Shown: positions 39,889 to 50,858, numbered from the stretch's first letter. The stretch: DNA of 64,000 nt from an uncultured Chloroflexia bacterium (GCA_963720755.1 CAVRGP010000011.1:672001-736000); one strand, 5' to 3'. Numbers and translations are program-made. Notes: generated by a model from the sequence alone, not told the origin.

Positions 39889-41601
39889 ATGAAACGACTG
39901 CGCATCGGTGCGCTCTTCGCCGTGACGGCGATCGCGTTCGCCGCCTGCGGCGGCAACAGCGCGACCACCGCGCCATCGGCGGCCGCGTCCACCCCGGCAG
40001 GATCTGAAGCCCCGGCCGCCACGCCAACGCCAGATGCCAACGCGATCAAGACCGGTGGCGTCCTCGTCGTCGGTATCCCGAGCGACATCAAGTGGACCGA
40101 TCCGGCCCTCGTCGATGATGGCTCGTCGATCTATGTGTGGCAGAACGTCCTCGAGACGCTGGTCACCCTGGCGCCCGGCAGCGGCAGCGATATCGTCGGC
40201 AGCCTGGCCGACAGCTGGACCGTCAGCGACGACGGCCTGACCTACACGTTCAAGCTGCATCCCGGTGTCAAGTTCCATGACGGGACCGACTTCGATGCGG
40301 CTGCCGTGAAGTTCAACTTCGACCGCTGGATCAACATCCCGCAGTCCTACAGCGACCTCGGCTACACCTACTACATCGACACGGTCATCGGCCGGGGCGA
40401 TGCGAGCAACATCGCATCCACAGAGGCCCCGGATGCGAGCACGTTCGTGCTGACCCTGAAGGCGCCGAACTCGGCGTTCCTCGTCACCATGACCCTGCCG
40501 GTGTTCGCCATCTCGAGCCCGACCGCCCTTCAGGCCGGCGGCGCGAGTGACGCGGACTTCAAGAACAACAAGTACGCGCAGGGTGGCCCGCCCGCGGCCG
40601 TCGGCACCGGTCCATTCATGTTCAAGGAATGGGTCCTCGGTGATCACGTCACGGTCGTCAAGAACCCGGACTACTGGAACGCCGCCGCCGGTGGCCCGTA
40701 CCTCGACTCGCTGACCTTCAAGCCGCTGACCGACTCCACGGCGATCCTCAATGCGCTCCAGGCGGGCGACATCGATGTCACCCAGACCTTCGCGCCGGTC
40801 GACGTTCCAACGGTCAAGGCAGATCCGAACCTGCAGTTCTACGATCGCGGCAGCGCCTGCAACGTGGGCGTCCTGGCCATGAACCAGACGCACAAGCCGT
40901 TCGACAATCTCAAGATCCGACAGGCGGTCGCCTACGCGATCAACCGCCAGGCGATCGTCGATGCCTACTTCGGTGAGACCGGCGTCGTCCTCAAGAACTG
41001 GACACCGCCGGGCACCCTGTTCGCGAACGACCTGGCTGTCCCCGACTACAACCCGGATATGGCCAGGCAGCTCATCTCCGAGAGCGGCGTGACCGACCTG
41101 TCCTTCGACATGTGGTATCCGTCCGGCGTCAGTCGGCCGTACATGCCGGATCCGAAGGGTGAGTTCCAGGCCATGCAGACCGACCTCGAGGCGGTCGGCT
41201 TCAAGCCGAATCCGATGACCGCGCCATGGAACCCGGACTTCCTGGGTGCCGAGGCCAAGGGCGACTACCCGGCCTGGCTGATCGGCTGGAACTGCGACTG
41301 GCTCGGGATCGACAACTTCCTCAAGACCGCGTTCTTCGGCTACCAGAACGGCGTGCCGAACCCGGAGTACGCGTACAAGAACGACGCGATGAACCAGGCC
41401 ATGAACGACGCGCTCGCCGCTTCGGACGAGGCCACCCAGCAGGCCGATTGGACCGCTGCCCAGAACTACATCGTGGCCGACATGCCGTCGGTCCCGATCG
41501 TCTCGGGCAAGACCCCAGCGGCCGGCCAGATCTACGTGAAGGGCTTCGTCCCTGCGCCGACGCAGCTGGAACTCTTCACCAACGTGTGGGTCGATAAGTG
41601 A
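39889..41601 (+). CDS. dppA: Dipeptide/peptide ABC substrate-binding lipoprotein
   Basis: Lipobox AFAAC, VKFHDGTDFDAAAV, GTGPF and RPYMPDP (DppA-like) motifs; RBS GGAGGAGG. Confidence 0.9.
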   Translation: MKRLRIGALFAVTAIAFAACGGNSATTAPSAAASTPAGSEAPAATPTPDANAIKTGGVLVVGIPSDIKWTDPALVDDGSSIYVWQNVLETLVTLAPGSGSDIVGSLADSWTVSDDGLTYTFKLHPGVKFHDGTDFDAAAVKFNFDRWINIPQSYSDLGYTYYIDTVIGRGDASNIASTEAPDASTFVLTLKAPNSAFLVTMTLPVFAISSPTALQAGGASDADFKNNKYAQGGPPAAVGTGPFMFKEWVLGDHVTVVKNPDYWNAAAGGPYLDSLTFKPLTDSTAILNALQAGDIDVTQTFAPVDVPTVKADPNLQFYDRGSACNVGVLAMNQTHKPFDNLKIRQAVAYAINRQAIVDAYFGETGVVLKNWTPPGTLFANDLAVPDYNPDMARQLISESGVTDLSFDMWYPSGVSRPYMPDPKGEFQAMQTDLEAVGFKPNPMTAPWNPDFLGAEAKGDYPAWLIGWNCDWLGIDNFLKTAFFGYQNGVPNPEYAYKNDAMNQAMNDALAASDEATQQADWTAAQNYIVADMPSVPIVSGKTPAAGQIYVKGFVPAPTQLELFTNVWVDK

Positions 41602-41610
41602 TCTCCTGAG

Positions 41611-41680
41611 CAGGCGCCGCTCGCGGCGCCTGCCAGACCTGTAGTCAGGGATCCCCCGGCGGCGATCGCCCCGGGGGATC
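41611..41680 (+). terminator. Two hairpins after dppA
   Basis: CAGGCGCC/GGCGCCTG and GGATCCCCCGG/CCGGGGGATCC inverted repeats. Confidence 0.55.
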
Positions 41681-41716
41681 CGAGTCCATCGACTAGGACG
41701 AGGCACGACCGGCGTC

Positions 41717-42721
41717 ATGCTCCAATTCATCGTTCGGCGTCTGCTCGGCGTGATCCCGGTGCTCTTCGGCCTGTCGATCCTCCTGTTCGCGTTCGTCCAC
41801 CTGTTGCCGGGTGACCCGGCGACGGCGATCCTCGGGCAGCACGCCACGGCGGAGCGGATCGCGGCGATGCGCGAGTACCTCGGTCTCGACTCGCCGCTCT
41901 GGCAGCAGTACCTGACCTACCTCAACAACGTCATCCACGGCGACCTGGGCGTCAGCATCATCAACAGCCAGCCGGTGCTGCGCGAGTTCCTGGTCCGGTT
42001 CCCGGCCACGATCGAACTGACCGTGGCGGCGATGATCTTCGCGGCCGGGATCGGGATCCCGCTCGGTCGCTACGCCGCCCGGCACGCGCAGCACTGGCCC
42101 GACGGCGCGGTGACGATCGTGTCGCTCCTGGGGATCAGCATCCCCGTCTTCGTGCTCGGGCTCACGCTCCAGTACGTGTTCGCCGTCCAGCTCGACCTGC
42201 TTCCCGCGTCAGGGCGGATCGACCCTCGTGCCGGGCTCGAGTACCGCACCAACTTCGTGCTCATCGACAGCATCCTGATGGGCAGTCCGCAGCTCTTCAT
42301 CGACGGTCTCAGCCACCTCATCCTGCCGGCCATCGCGCTTGGGTCCATCCCGCTTGCGATCATCACCCGGATCACCCGAGCGTCGGTCCTCGACGTGACC
42401 AACGAGGACTACGTTCGGACGGCCCGTGCGAAGGGCCTGTCCGAACGTCGGATCAGCTCGCGCCACATCATGCGCAACGCCTGGCTGCCGGTGGTGACCG
42501 TGCTGGGATTGCAGATCGGCGGGCTGCTCGGGGGCGCGGTCATCACCGAGACGGTTTTCGGCTGGGGCGGTGTCGGCACGTTCGTCGTCGACGCGATCTT
42601 CAACCGCGACTACTTCGTGATCCAGAACACGATCCTGATCTTCGCGGTGATCTTCCTCATGGTGAACCTGCTCGTCGACATCCTGTACGCGGTCCTCAAT
42701 CCACGGATCCGGTACGCCTAG
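41717..42721 (+). CDS. dppB: Dipeptide ABC permease
   Basis: PGDPA, FPATIEL, DYVRTARAKGL and NPRIR motifs. Confidence 0.92.
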   Translation: MLQFIVRRLLGVIPVLFGLSILLFAFVHLLPGDPATAILGQHATAERIAAMREYLGLDSPLWQQYLTYLNNVIHGDLGVSIINSQPVLREFLVRFPATIELTVAAMIFAAGIGIPLGRYAARHAQHWPDGAVTIVSLLGISIPVFVLGLTLQYVFAVQLDLLPASGRIDPRAGLEYRTNFVLIDSILMGSPQLFIDGLSHLILPAIALGSIPLAIITRITRASVLDVTNEDYVRTARAKGLSERRISSRHIMRNAWLPVVTVLGLQIGGLLGGAVITETVFGWGGVGTFVVDAIFNRDYFVIQNTILIFAVIFLMVNLLVDILYAVLNPRIRYA

Positions 42722-43615
42722 ATGGCTGCGCCCGCCATTCCCGCCGTCCAGCCCGTCGACCAGCGCGCGAGCCGCGGGCTGTGGGGCGATGCGGCCCGTC
42801 GCCTCGTCCGCAACCGACCGGCCCTGCTCGGCCTGTTCTTCATCGGGGTCTTCGTGCTGGCCGCGATCCTGGCCCCGATCATCGCTCCGTACGGTCCGCT
42901 GGAGGGCGGTCTCGCAGATCGTCTCCAGCCGCCCTCGTCGGCCCACCTCATGGGCACGGACGCCCAGGGCCGCGACGAATACACGCGGGTGCTGTATGGG
43001 GCACAAGTCAGTCTCGTGGCGGGCGTGGCGTCGGTCGTGATGGGCGTCCTGATCGGCGGGACCATCGGGGCACTGGCAGGCGGCGTCGGCGGCAAACTCG
43101 ACTCGGTCCTGATGCGCTTCGTCGACGCCATGCTGGCAGTTCCCGGGATCCTGCTGGCCATCGGGATCGTCGCCTTCCTCGGGCGCGGCCTGCCCCAGAT
43201 CATGTTCGCCGTGGCGATCGTCAACGTGCCCATCTTCGCCCGGATCCTGCGAGGCAGCCTCCTGTCCTTGCGCGAGTCGGACTACGTCTCGGCCGCCCGA
43301 TCGATCGGTGCGACCGGACCGCGGATCCTGGTCCGGCATATGCTCCCGAATTCGATGTCGCCGCTGATCGTCGCGGCGACCCTGGCCCTGGCGACCGCGA
43401 TCATCGATGTCGCCGGCCTTGGCTTCCTGGGACTCGGCCCGCCCGATCCTCGCACCCCGGAATGGGGCACGATGCTGACCGATGCCACGAAGTACATCCG
43501 GCAGGCCCCCTGGCTCCTGTGGTTCCCGGGGGCGGCGATCGTGATCAGTGCGATCGGCTTCAATCTGCTCGGCGACGGGTTGCGTGAGTCGCTGGATCCG
43601 CGGATGCGGCGATGA
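42722..43615 (+). CDS. dppC: Dipeptide ABC permease
   Basis: GTDAQGRD, DYVSAARSIG, PEWG and GDGLRESLDP motifs. Confidence 0.92.
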   Translation: MAAPAIPAVQPVDQRASRGLWGDAARRLVRNRPALLGLFFIGVFVLAAILAPIIAPYGPLEGGLADRLQPPSSAHLMGTDAQGRDEYTRVLYGAQVSLVAGVASVVMGVLIGGTIGALAGGVGGKLDSVLMRFVDAMLAVPGILLAIGIVAFLGRGLPQIMFAVAIVNVPIFARILRGSLLSLRESDYVSAARSIGATGPRILVRHMLPNSMSPLIVAATLALATAIIDVAGLGFLGLGPPDPRTPEWGTMLTDATKYIRQAPWLLWFPGAAIVISAIGFNLLGDGLRESLDPRMRR

Positions 43616-44862
43616 CGACGGGCACGCAGCCGCTCCTGTCGGTGGACGATCTCGTCGTCCGCTTCCGAACCCACGAGGGCACGATCCACGCCGTCAACGG
43701 CGTGACCTTCCAGCTCGAGGAGGGCGAGCGTCTCGGGTTGGTCGGGGAGTCAGGCTGTGGCAAGAGCGTGACCAACCTGGCCGTGATGCGGCTGCTGCCG
43801 AAACCGGCGGGCCAGATCGAAGGTGGCCACGTGGTCTTCGATGGCCAGGAACTCACGACCCTCCGCGAGGATGAGATGCGCTCCATCCGGGGCCGTGACA
43901 TCGCGATGATCTTCCAGGACCCGATGACCAGCCTCAATCCGGTCCTGACCGTCGAGGAGCAGATGGTCGAGACGATCATGGCCCATCGCGAGATCGACCG
44001 GTCCACGGCACGGAAGCGAGCGATCGAGCTCCTGTCCCTGGTCGGGATCCCGCAACCGGAATCGCGTCTCAGCAGCTTTCCACACCAGTTCTCGGGCGGG
44101 ATGCGCCAGCGGGTGATGATCGCGATGGCGCTGGCCCTCGAGCCGAAGCTGCTGATCGCCGATGAGCCGACGACCGCGCTCGACGTCACGATCCAGGCGC
44201 AGGTCCTGGAATTGATCCAGCGCCTGTCGACGGAGTTCGGGACCGCGCTCATCCTGATCACCCATGACCTGGGCGTCGTGGCCGGGATGACGAACCGGAT
44301 CAACGTCATGTATGCCGGCTACATCGTCGAGTCGGCGACGACGTCCGCGCTCTTCGCGGAACCGACGCATCCGTATACGGTCGGCCTCCTCCATTCCATC
44401 CCGCGGCCGGACATGGCGGAGGGCGAAGCCCTCATCCCGATCGAGGGCAGGCCGCCGGACATGCGGCACGAGCCCACCGCCTGTCCGTTCGCCGCACGAT
44501 GCCGCTGGCGGCTCGATGTCTGCTGGCAGGAGAACCCGTCACTGCGCCCGGTCGGCGCCGAGACGACGGTCGTGCTGACCGGCTCCGAGGCGACCCACCA
44601 GATCGCCTGCTTCAACCCGGTCACCGCGGAGGAGCGAGCTGCCGGGCGGCCGCTCCGGCCCGGGTTCAGCGCAGCGCCGGCCCCAGCCGGGGTCGTCGAC
44701 GAGGTCGCGGGGGAGCGGATCGGTTCGACGGAGGATGTCGACCGCGACTTCCGATCGATCGAAGCGGAGGAAGGTCCGCTCTCGACGGGTCCATCTGCTG
44801 GCGGACTCCCGCTGCCAGCTGAGCCGGAGCACCACCAGGACGGCTTCCTCCATGACGACTGA
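43612..44862 (+). CDS. dppD: Dipeptide ABC ATPase
   Basis: [25 protein letters not shown] and CPFAARC motifs. Confidence 0.92.
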   Translation: MTTGTQPLLSVDDLVVRFRTHEGTIHAVNGVTFQLEEGERLGLVGESGCGKSVTNLAVMRLLPKPAGQIEGGHVVFDGQELTTLREDEMRSIRGRDIAMIFQDPMTSLNPVLTVEEQMVETIMAHREIDRSTARKRAIELLSLVGIPQPESRLSSFPHQFSGGMRQRVMIAMALALEPKLLIADEPTTALDVTIQAQVLELIQRLSTEFGTALILITHDLGVVAGMTNRINVMYAGYIVESATTSALFAEPTHPYTVGLLHSIPRPDMAEGEALIPIEGRPPDMRHEPTACPFAARCRWRLDVCWQENPSLRPVGAETTVVLTGSEATHQIACFNPVTAEERAAGRPLRPGFSAAPAPAGVVDEVAGERIGSTEDVDRDFRSIEAEEGPLSTGPSAGGLPLPAEPEHHQDGFLHDD

Positions 44863-46072
44863 TGCCATGACGGCCCCCGCCAGCGCCACGGCGGGGACCG
44901 ACGGAGTCACGCCACCCCTGTTGCGACTCGATAACCTGAAGGTCTACTTCCCGATCCGGGACGGCATCATCCGCCAGCGTCATGTGGGCGATATCCAGGC
45001 CGTTGACGGGGTCACGCTCGAGCTGCAACGTGGGGAGACCCTCGGTCTCGTCGGTGAGTCGGGCTGCGGCAAGAGCACCACCGGGCGAGCGATCATCCGC
45101 CTGAACCCTCCGACTTCGGGTCGGATCCACTTCGATGGGGTCGACGTCACCGAGTTCAAGGGCGCCGCACTCCGGCAGCTGCGCAGGCGGATGCAGATGA
45201 TCTTCCAGGATCCCTACGCGAGCCTCGATCCCCGGATGACCGCGGGCGGGATCATCGCAGAGCCCCTGGACGTCCACGATGTCGGGACGAAAGCCGAACG
45301 ACGCGAACGGGTCGGCGAGCTTCTGTCGACGGTCGGACTCAACCCGGCCTACGCATCACGCTATCCGCACGAGTTCTCGGGCGGGCAGAGGCAGCGGATC
45401 GGCGTCGCCCGCGCACTGGCTCTTCGTCCGGAACTCATCGTGGCCGACGAGCCGATCAGCGCCCTGGACGTGTCGATCCAGGCCCAGATCATCAACCTGC
45501 TCGAACACCTTCAGGCCGATTTCGGGCTGACCTACCTGTTCATCGCCCACGATCTGAGCGTCGTCCGCCATATCAGCGATCGAACGGCGGTCATGTATCT
45601 GGGTCGGATCGTCGAGATCGCCAGATCGCGCGAATTGGACGTGGTGCCGCTCCATCCGTACACCGTCGCCCTGCTGTCGGCCGTCCCGATCCCCGACCCG
45701 AGCATCGAAGCGCGCCGTCGGCGGATCATCCTCAAGGGCGACGTGCCGTCACCGGTCAACCCGCCGTCCGGATGCCGATTCCACACCCGCTGCTGGCTTC
45801 GAGAGAAGCTCGGCAACCCAGAGCAGTGCGCCACCGTCGACCCGCCGCTTCGGACGATGTCGGCTGGCCACGAAGTCGCCTGCCATTTCGCCGACCAGGT
45901 GGATGGTTCGACCGAACAGGTGCAGGCCACCGGGCGGCCCCGCTCGAGTGGCGTATCCGACCGCGAAGACGCACAGACTGGAACATCCGCGACGGCCCCC
46001 CCGATCCCATCGGTCCCGCCGATCCCACCAACCGTTCCGCCGAGTCCGGCCGACCGGTCCCCGCGGCCCTAG
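44852..46072 (+). CDS. dppF: Dipeptide ABC ATPase
   Basis: [16 protein letters not shown] and CRFHTRC motifs. Confidence 0.92.
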   Translation: MTTDAMTAPASATAGTDGVTPPLLRLDNLKVYFPIRDGIIRQRHVGDIQAVDGVTLELQRGETLGLVGESGCGKSTTGRAIIRLNPPTSGRIHFDGVDVTEFKGAALRQLRRRMQMIFQDPYASLDPRMTAGGIIAEPLDVHDVGTKAERRERVGELLSTVGLNPAYASRYPHEFSGGQRQRIGVARALALRPELIVADEPISALDVSIQAQIINLLEHLQADFGLTYLFIAHDLSVVRHISDRTAVMYLGRIVEIARSRELDVVPLHPYTVALLSAVPIPDPSIEARRRRIILKGDVPSPVNPPSGCRFHTRCWLREKLGNPEQCATVDPPLRTMSAGHEVACHFADQVDGSTEQVQATGRPRSSGVSDREDAQTGTSATAPPIPSVPPIPPTVPPSPADRSPRP

Positions 46073-47934
46073 CCTGCCGGTGGTGGGGGATGCAGGTACC
46101 CGCCGAACAGGGTCGTGAACGTGGTTGACCCATCGACCTGGCCGGCATGGAGTGGGTGGTTCGCATCCCATTGGATCGCATAGCTGAGGGCGACGTCGTC
46201 GGCCTCGAAGCGAGCGCCGTCGTGGAAGGTGATGCCCGGTCGCAGGGTGCACGTCCACACCGTGAGGTCCTTGTTGGGCACGCAACGCTTCGCCAGGTTC
46301 GGCACCGGCGCGGCACCGGTCGGCGCGTAGGCGTACAGGCCCTCGACGAGCTGGGAGCAGACGAGCATGCTGACGGGCTCGAGCGCATCGGCGCACGAGG
46401 GTCCGGTCGGCTCCGACGTGGTCAGCCAGACGAACTGGCGCCGATCGCCGGGCGTCATCCTCGCGAATCGTTCGAGACGAAGTGGTGAGGTGGTCGCCCC
46501 GTCGACGTCCGCCCGGAAGGCAGCGACCGAACCGACGTGGGCGATCGGGACCATGGGCACGTGGGTCCGGATGGCATCGTTCGCGTTCGCATAGGCCGTC
46601 TCGCGCTTGTCGTCGTTAGCCGTTGCGGCACCCGCCGCCAGCGCCTTCGTGACGTCGTCGAACGGTGTCCCGAACTCGGCCGACGCCCCCGAGCCGAACT
46701 GCGGATCCAGGTACGCCCCGACGTCGGGATACGCCGCGTCGCCGACCATCAGGTGGAGCCCGACGATCTTGCCGGCCGACAGGTCCGCGAGGTACGTATC
46801 GGCCGGTTCCGGCACGAGTTCGACGTTGATGGCGAGGTTGTCGAGGAGCTCGGCCTGGATCTCCTGGGCGATGGCCGCTGGATCGGGCATGGATGGAGAA
46901 CCGGTCGTCGGGTAATGCAGGCTCGTGTCGAAGCCGTCCGTGTAGCCGGCTCCGGCGAGCGTCTCGTCGGCCAGGGTCGGATCGTATCCGTACCAGCTTT
47001 CGCCGGCGCAGCCGTGCGGGATCGCGCACGGGGTGTAGTGCGAGGCGACCTCGGAACCGGCCGGCAGCATGGTGTCGTTGATGTGCTGACGGTCGAGTGC
47101 GAGGGCGATCGCGCGTCGGACCTGCTCAGAACCATACGGCGACTGGGTGACGTCGAACCCGAGGTAGACCGTCTCCAGGCCCGACCTCGGGACGAGCGAA
47201 AGGGATACGTCATTGATCGCGGTGGCAACGCCGGCGGCGTCGACCTCATCGATCCCGTCCACTGACCCGGCCTGAAGCTCGGCGACACGCGCGCCCGGAT
47301 CCGTGTCCCAGCGAACGATGAGACGCTCGGCATCGGCCCGGGGGCCCCAGTAGCCATCGTTCCTCGCGAGGCTGATCTCGGTGCCTGGCGTCCAGCGTTC
47401 CAGGCGGAATGGCCCGGTGCCGTTGCTCCGGACGGCCCCACCCGAACCCGCGTCGGACTGCGTTCGCAACCAGCCGGCATCCTCGATGCCCATGGCCGGC
47501 GAGGCAACCTTCGACAGGAATGCCGCGTCCGGCCGGCAGAGCTCGAAGACGACCGTCGTGGGATCCTGGGCGATGATCCTCTTGAGATCGCCGGTATAGG
47601 GGCCGTGCGCCGCATCGGGCGGGTCGGTCTGGCCGCACGGGGCGTCGCCACCGGGTGGATAGGCCATCGCGCTGAATGGGCGATCGCTCGACGTCGACGT
47701 CGACGGGTCGGGCGTGGGGATGGGGGTCGCGAGCACCGGGGCCTGGGTGGGCGGCACGGACGGATCGCACGCCCCGGCGACCAGCACGACGAGGATCAGC
47801 AGGATGCGTCCGACTCCGGGTCGGGCGGCTCGTGCGCGTGCTGGGGACAAGCTGGCAGACGCTCCTGTCGTTGATCCACCCCCGGACGGCAGCGACACGG
47901 TTCGAACGGTCGCGACCGACGGGAAGCCTAGCAT
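46069..47934 (-). CDS. Family-5 ABC substrate-binding lipoprotein, circularly permuted
   Basis: Lipobox LAGAC; [11 protein letters not shown] and [11 protein letters not shown] occur early, while EGLY...PNLA...[10 protein letters not shown] sits at the C-terminus. Start uncertain (47934 or 47898). Confidence 0.88.
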   Translation of the reverse strand: MLGFPSVATVRTVSLPSGGGSTTGASASLSPARARAARPGVGRILLILVVLVAGACDPSVPPTQAPVLATPIPTPDPSTSTSSDRPFSAMAYPPGGDAPCGQTDPPDAAHGPYTGDLKRIIAQDPTTVVFELCRPDAAFLSKVASPAMGIEDAGWLRTQSDAGSGGAVRSNGTGPFRLERWTPGTEISLARNDGYWGPRADAERLIVRWDTDPGARVAELQAGSVDGIDEVDAAGVATAINDVSLSLVPRSGLETVYLGFDVTQSPYGSEQVRRAIALALDRQHINDTMLPAGSEVASHYTPCAIPHGCAGESWYGYDPTLADETLAGAGYTDGFDTSLHYPTTGSPSMPDPAAIAQEIQAELLDNLAINVELVPEPADTYLADLSAGKIVGLHLMVGDAAYPDVGAYLDPQFGSGASAEFGTPFDDVTKALAAGAATANDDKRETAYANANDAIRTHVPMVPIAHVGSVAAFRADVDGATTSPLRLERFARMTPGDRRQFVWLTTSEPTGPSCADALEPVSMLVCSQLVEGLYAYAPTGAAPVPNLAKRCVPNKDLTVWTCTLRPGITFHDGARFEADDVALSYAIQWDANHPLHAGQVDGSTTFTTLFGGYLHPPPPAG

Positions 47935-48016
47935 CGGCCGAGGATGTCGTCGAAATCGATGTGGGGACGCGGGCGGACATCGCTCTTGCAGCGGACGGTC
48001 GCGTATGCTCGGCATC

Positions 48017-48997
48017 GTGCAGACCATCAAGATCGCGCTCGCCCAGATCGCGCCGAGGCTCGGGCAGCTCGAGGCCAACCTGGCCACCCACCAGCGGCTC
48101 CTGGACGAGGCCCGGCAGGGTGGGGTCGACCTGATCGTGTTTCCGGAGCTTGGCTTGACCGGCTACCAGCTCCAGGACCTCTCCTCCGAGGTGGCGATGC
48201 GCCTGGATGATCCACGCCTGGCGGCGCTCGCGGGGGCGACCCACGGGTTGTCGGCGATCGTGTCGTTCGTCGAGGAGTCGGCCGATCATCGCTTGTTCAT
48301 CGCAGCCGCCTTGCTGGAGGACGGCGACATCCGCCATGTCCATCGCAAGCTGTTCCTGCCGACCTATGGGCTGTTCGACGAACGGCGGTTCTTCGCCGCC
48401 GGCGACACGTTGCGGTCCGTCCCTTCGCGCCTCGGGGTCGGGCTCGGGATCGGCGTGTGCGAAGACTTCTGGCATCTGTCGGTGCCCCAACTGCTGGCGC
48501 TCGACGGCGCGCAGATCCTGGTCAACGTGTCGTCCTCGCCGGGCCGAGACCTGGCCGCCACGAGCGAGGTCGGTCTCGGAACGGCGACGTCCTGGCGGAC
48601 CATCATGCGGACGTATGCCCAGCTGACGACGTCGTATGTCGTCTTCTGCAATCGGGTCGGCGTGGACGAGTCGATCTCGTTCTGGGGCGGGTCGGAGGTC
48701 ATCGCACCGACCGGAGAGGCGCTCCTGAGCGCGCCGCTCTATGACGCCGGGTTGTTCATGGTTGAGATCCCCGTGGCGGCCATCCGACGCGAGCGGATCA
48801 CCCTCCCGCTGCTGCGCGACGAGCGTCCGGAGCTGCAGGTACGCGAGCTGCACCGAGTCATCGCCGAGCGCGCCGGGATGGCCACCGATTCGACGGCCGA
48901 GCCGGGCGCGGAGCCGGGGCACGATCTGGCGCCCGCCGATCCTGGGTCAGCGCCGAACGGGTTCGGGCGCCCCGACGAGCATGACCGATACCCATGA
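48017..48997 (+). CDS. Nitrilase-family carbon-nitrogen hydrolase, probable glutaminase subunit of NAD synthetase
   Basis: Catalytic triad FPELGLTGY / RKLFLPTYGLFDERRFF / VCEDFW; overlaps nadE by ATGA. Confidence 0.9.
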   Translation: MQTIKIALAQIAPRLGQLEANLATHQRLLDEARQGGVDLIVFPELGLTGYQLQDLSSEVAMRLDDPRLAALAGATHGLSAIVSFVEESADHRLFIAAALLEDGDIRHVHRKLFLPTYGLFDERRFFAAGDTLRSVPSRLGVGLGIGVCEDFWHLSVPQLLALDGAQILVNVSSSPGRDLAATSEVGLGTATSWRTIMRTYAQLTTSYVVFCNRVGVDESISFWGGSEVIAPTGEALLSAPLYDAGLFMVEIPVAAIRRERITLPLLRDERPELQVRELHRVIAERAGMATDSTAEPGAEPGHDLAPADPGSAPNGFGRPDEHDRYP

Positions 48998-49890
48998 CCA
49001 GCTCAGATCGGACGCCGTTCGACCTGCCATCGGAATTGTCGATCGACACCGATGTCGCCCGCCGGGTCATCGGCGGGTTCATCCGAGGTCAACTCGAGCA
49101 GGCGGGGTTCGAACGGGTCGTCGTTGCACTCTCGGGCGGGATCGACTCCGGGCTGGTCGCCTACCTCGTGGCGGAGGCGATCGGCCCTGAGCGGTTGCTG
49201 GCGGTCATGCTGCCGTATCGGAGCTCATCGCCGGACTCGCGGTCGGACGCGGAGTCGGTCGTGGCTGACCTCGGCTGCCGGAGCGAGTTGATCGAGATCA
49301 GTGCGATGGTCGATGGGTACTTCGGCACCGAGGGAGATGTCGGCGCCGGCGGACCGGATGCCCTCGAGGCGACGGCGCTCCGGCGCGGCAACTTCGCGGC
49401 CCGAATGCGGATGGCCGTCGTGTACGACCGGTCCGTGACCTGGGGCGGGCTCGTCGTCGGGACCGGGAACAAGACCGAGTCGCTCATCGGCTACACGACG
49501 ATCTTCGGTGACGCGGCCTGTGCGTTCAATCCGATCGGAGACTTGTACAAGACCCAGGTCAGACAGATGGCCATCGCGATGGCTGTTCCGGAGCCGATCA
49601 TCACCAAGGCCCCGTCGGCCGACCTCTGGCCGGGCCAGACGGACGAGATCGAGGGGGGCTTCAGCTATCCGGTCCTGGATCGGCTGCTCTTCTGGAGGGT
49701 CGACAAGCGTCGCTCGACCGAGGAGATGGTGTCCCTCGGCTTCGATGCCGCGATGGTCGATCGGGTGGACCGGATGGTGGCGGCGGCCGAATTCAAGCGT
49801 CAGATGCCCCCGATCGCCAAACTCGGGCCGCGGACCGCCGGCGTCGACTATCTGTATCCGAGGCGCCGCCCGGGCTCGGCCCGGACGTGA
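48994..49890 (+). CDS. nadE: NAD+ synthetase
   Basis: LSGGIDSG, GNFAARMR, GTGNKTE, DLYKTQV and APSADLW motifs. Confidence 0.96.
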   Translation: MTSSDRTPFDLPSELSIDTDVARRVIGGFIRGQLEQAGFERVVVALSGGIDSGLVAYLVAEAIGPERLLAVMLPYRSSSPDSRSDAESVVADLGCRSELIEISAMVDGYFGTEGDVGAGGPDALEATALRRGNFAARMRMAVVYDRSVTWGGLVVGTGNKTESLIGYTTIFGDAACAFNPIGDLYKTQVRQMAIAMAVPEPIITKAPSADLWPGQTDEIEGGFSYPVLDRLLFWRVDKRRSTEEMVSLGFDAAMVDRVDRMVAAAEFKRQMPPIAKLGPRTAGVDYLYPRRRPGSART

Positions 49891-50858
49891 CGTCGCCCGG
49901 GAACGACTCGGGGCGCGGGGTCCTGTACGTGGTCGCGACCCCGATCGGCAACCTCGGCGACATCTCCCTGCGGGCGATCGAGGTCCTCCGGTCCGTGCCC
50001 CTCATCGCGGCCGAGGACACCCGTCACACGCGTCGCCTTCTGGTTCGGCACGAGATCGACACGCGGATGTCGAGCTATCACGCTCGGAGCCCGGTCGGAC
50101 GGGTCGCGGCGTTGCTCGGCCATCTCCGTGGCGGGGCCGACCTCGCGCTGGTCACCGATGCCGGGACCCCGGTTGTCAGCGATCCCGGTGGCGAACTCGT
50201 CGGCGCCTGGGCGGCCGAAGGTGGCCGGGTGGTTCCCATCCCGGGGCCGAGTGCCGTGCTCGCGGCCGTGTCGGCCTCCGGGGTCACGGGTCCGCGCTGG
50301 GCGTTCGAGGGATTTCTGCCGAGGCGGGGTCGCGAGCGGCGCGAGCGTCTTGCCAGGATCGCCACCGATGACCGCGGGACGGTGATCTTCGAAGCGCCGG
50401 ATCGTGTCGCGGCGACCCTGCGAGACCTGGTCGAGGCATGCGGACCGGGCAGACCGGCCGCCGTGTGCCGCGAGTTGACCAAGATGCACGAGACGATCGT
50501 CCGCGGGACGCTCGACCGACTCTCCGCGATGGCGGCGTCGACGGAGATCCCGGCGCGCGGAGAATTCGTGATCGTCGTCGGGGTCGCCGACCCGTCGCCG
50601 CCGGACGCCGCGCCAGAGGCTCTGGACGCGGCTCGGGAGGCTGTCGAGCGGCTCGTCGAGTCAGGGGTCGCTCGTGGAGACGCCGCTCGACAGGTGGCCG
50701 CGACGACCGGACTACCGCGCCGGCGGTCTCTATGGACGTGGCAACGACCGAGGGGAGGAGCGGTGAATCAGACTATCAGTTCCTCAAGTCAGACGGCACG
50801 GTGGATGGCGATGTGTGGCATGGCCAGAACGGCGACTTCCACGACGGCGGTGGGTTGA
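49887..50858 (+). CDS. rsmI: 16S rRNA C1402 2'-O-methyltransferase RsmI (possible frameshift near the 3' end; natural stop may be 50766)
   Basis: LYVVATPIGNLGD, AEDTR, DAGTP..SDPG, FEGFLP and RELTK motifs. Confidence 0.93.
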   Translation: MTSPGNDSGRGVLYVVATPIGNLGDISLRAIEVLRSVPLIAAEDTRHTRRLLVRHEIDTRMSSYHARSPVGRVAALLGHLRGGADLALVTDAGTPVVSDPGGELVGAWAAEGGRVVPIPGPSAVLAAVSASGVTGPRWAFEGFLPRRGRERRERLARIATDDRGTVIFEAPDRVAATLRDLVEACGPGRPAAVCRELTKMHETIVRGTLDRLSAMAASTEIPARGEFVIVVGVADPSPPDAAPEALDAAREAVERLVESGVARGDAARQVAATTGLPRRRSLWTWQRPRGGAVNQTISSSSQTARWMAMCGMARTATSTTAVG

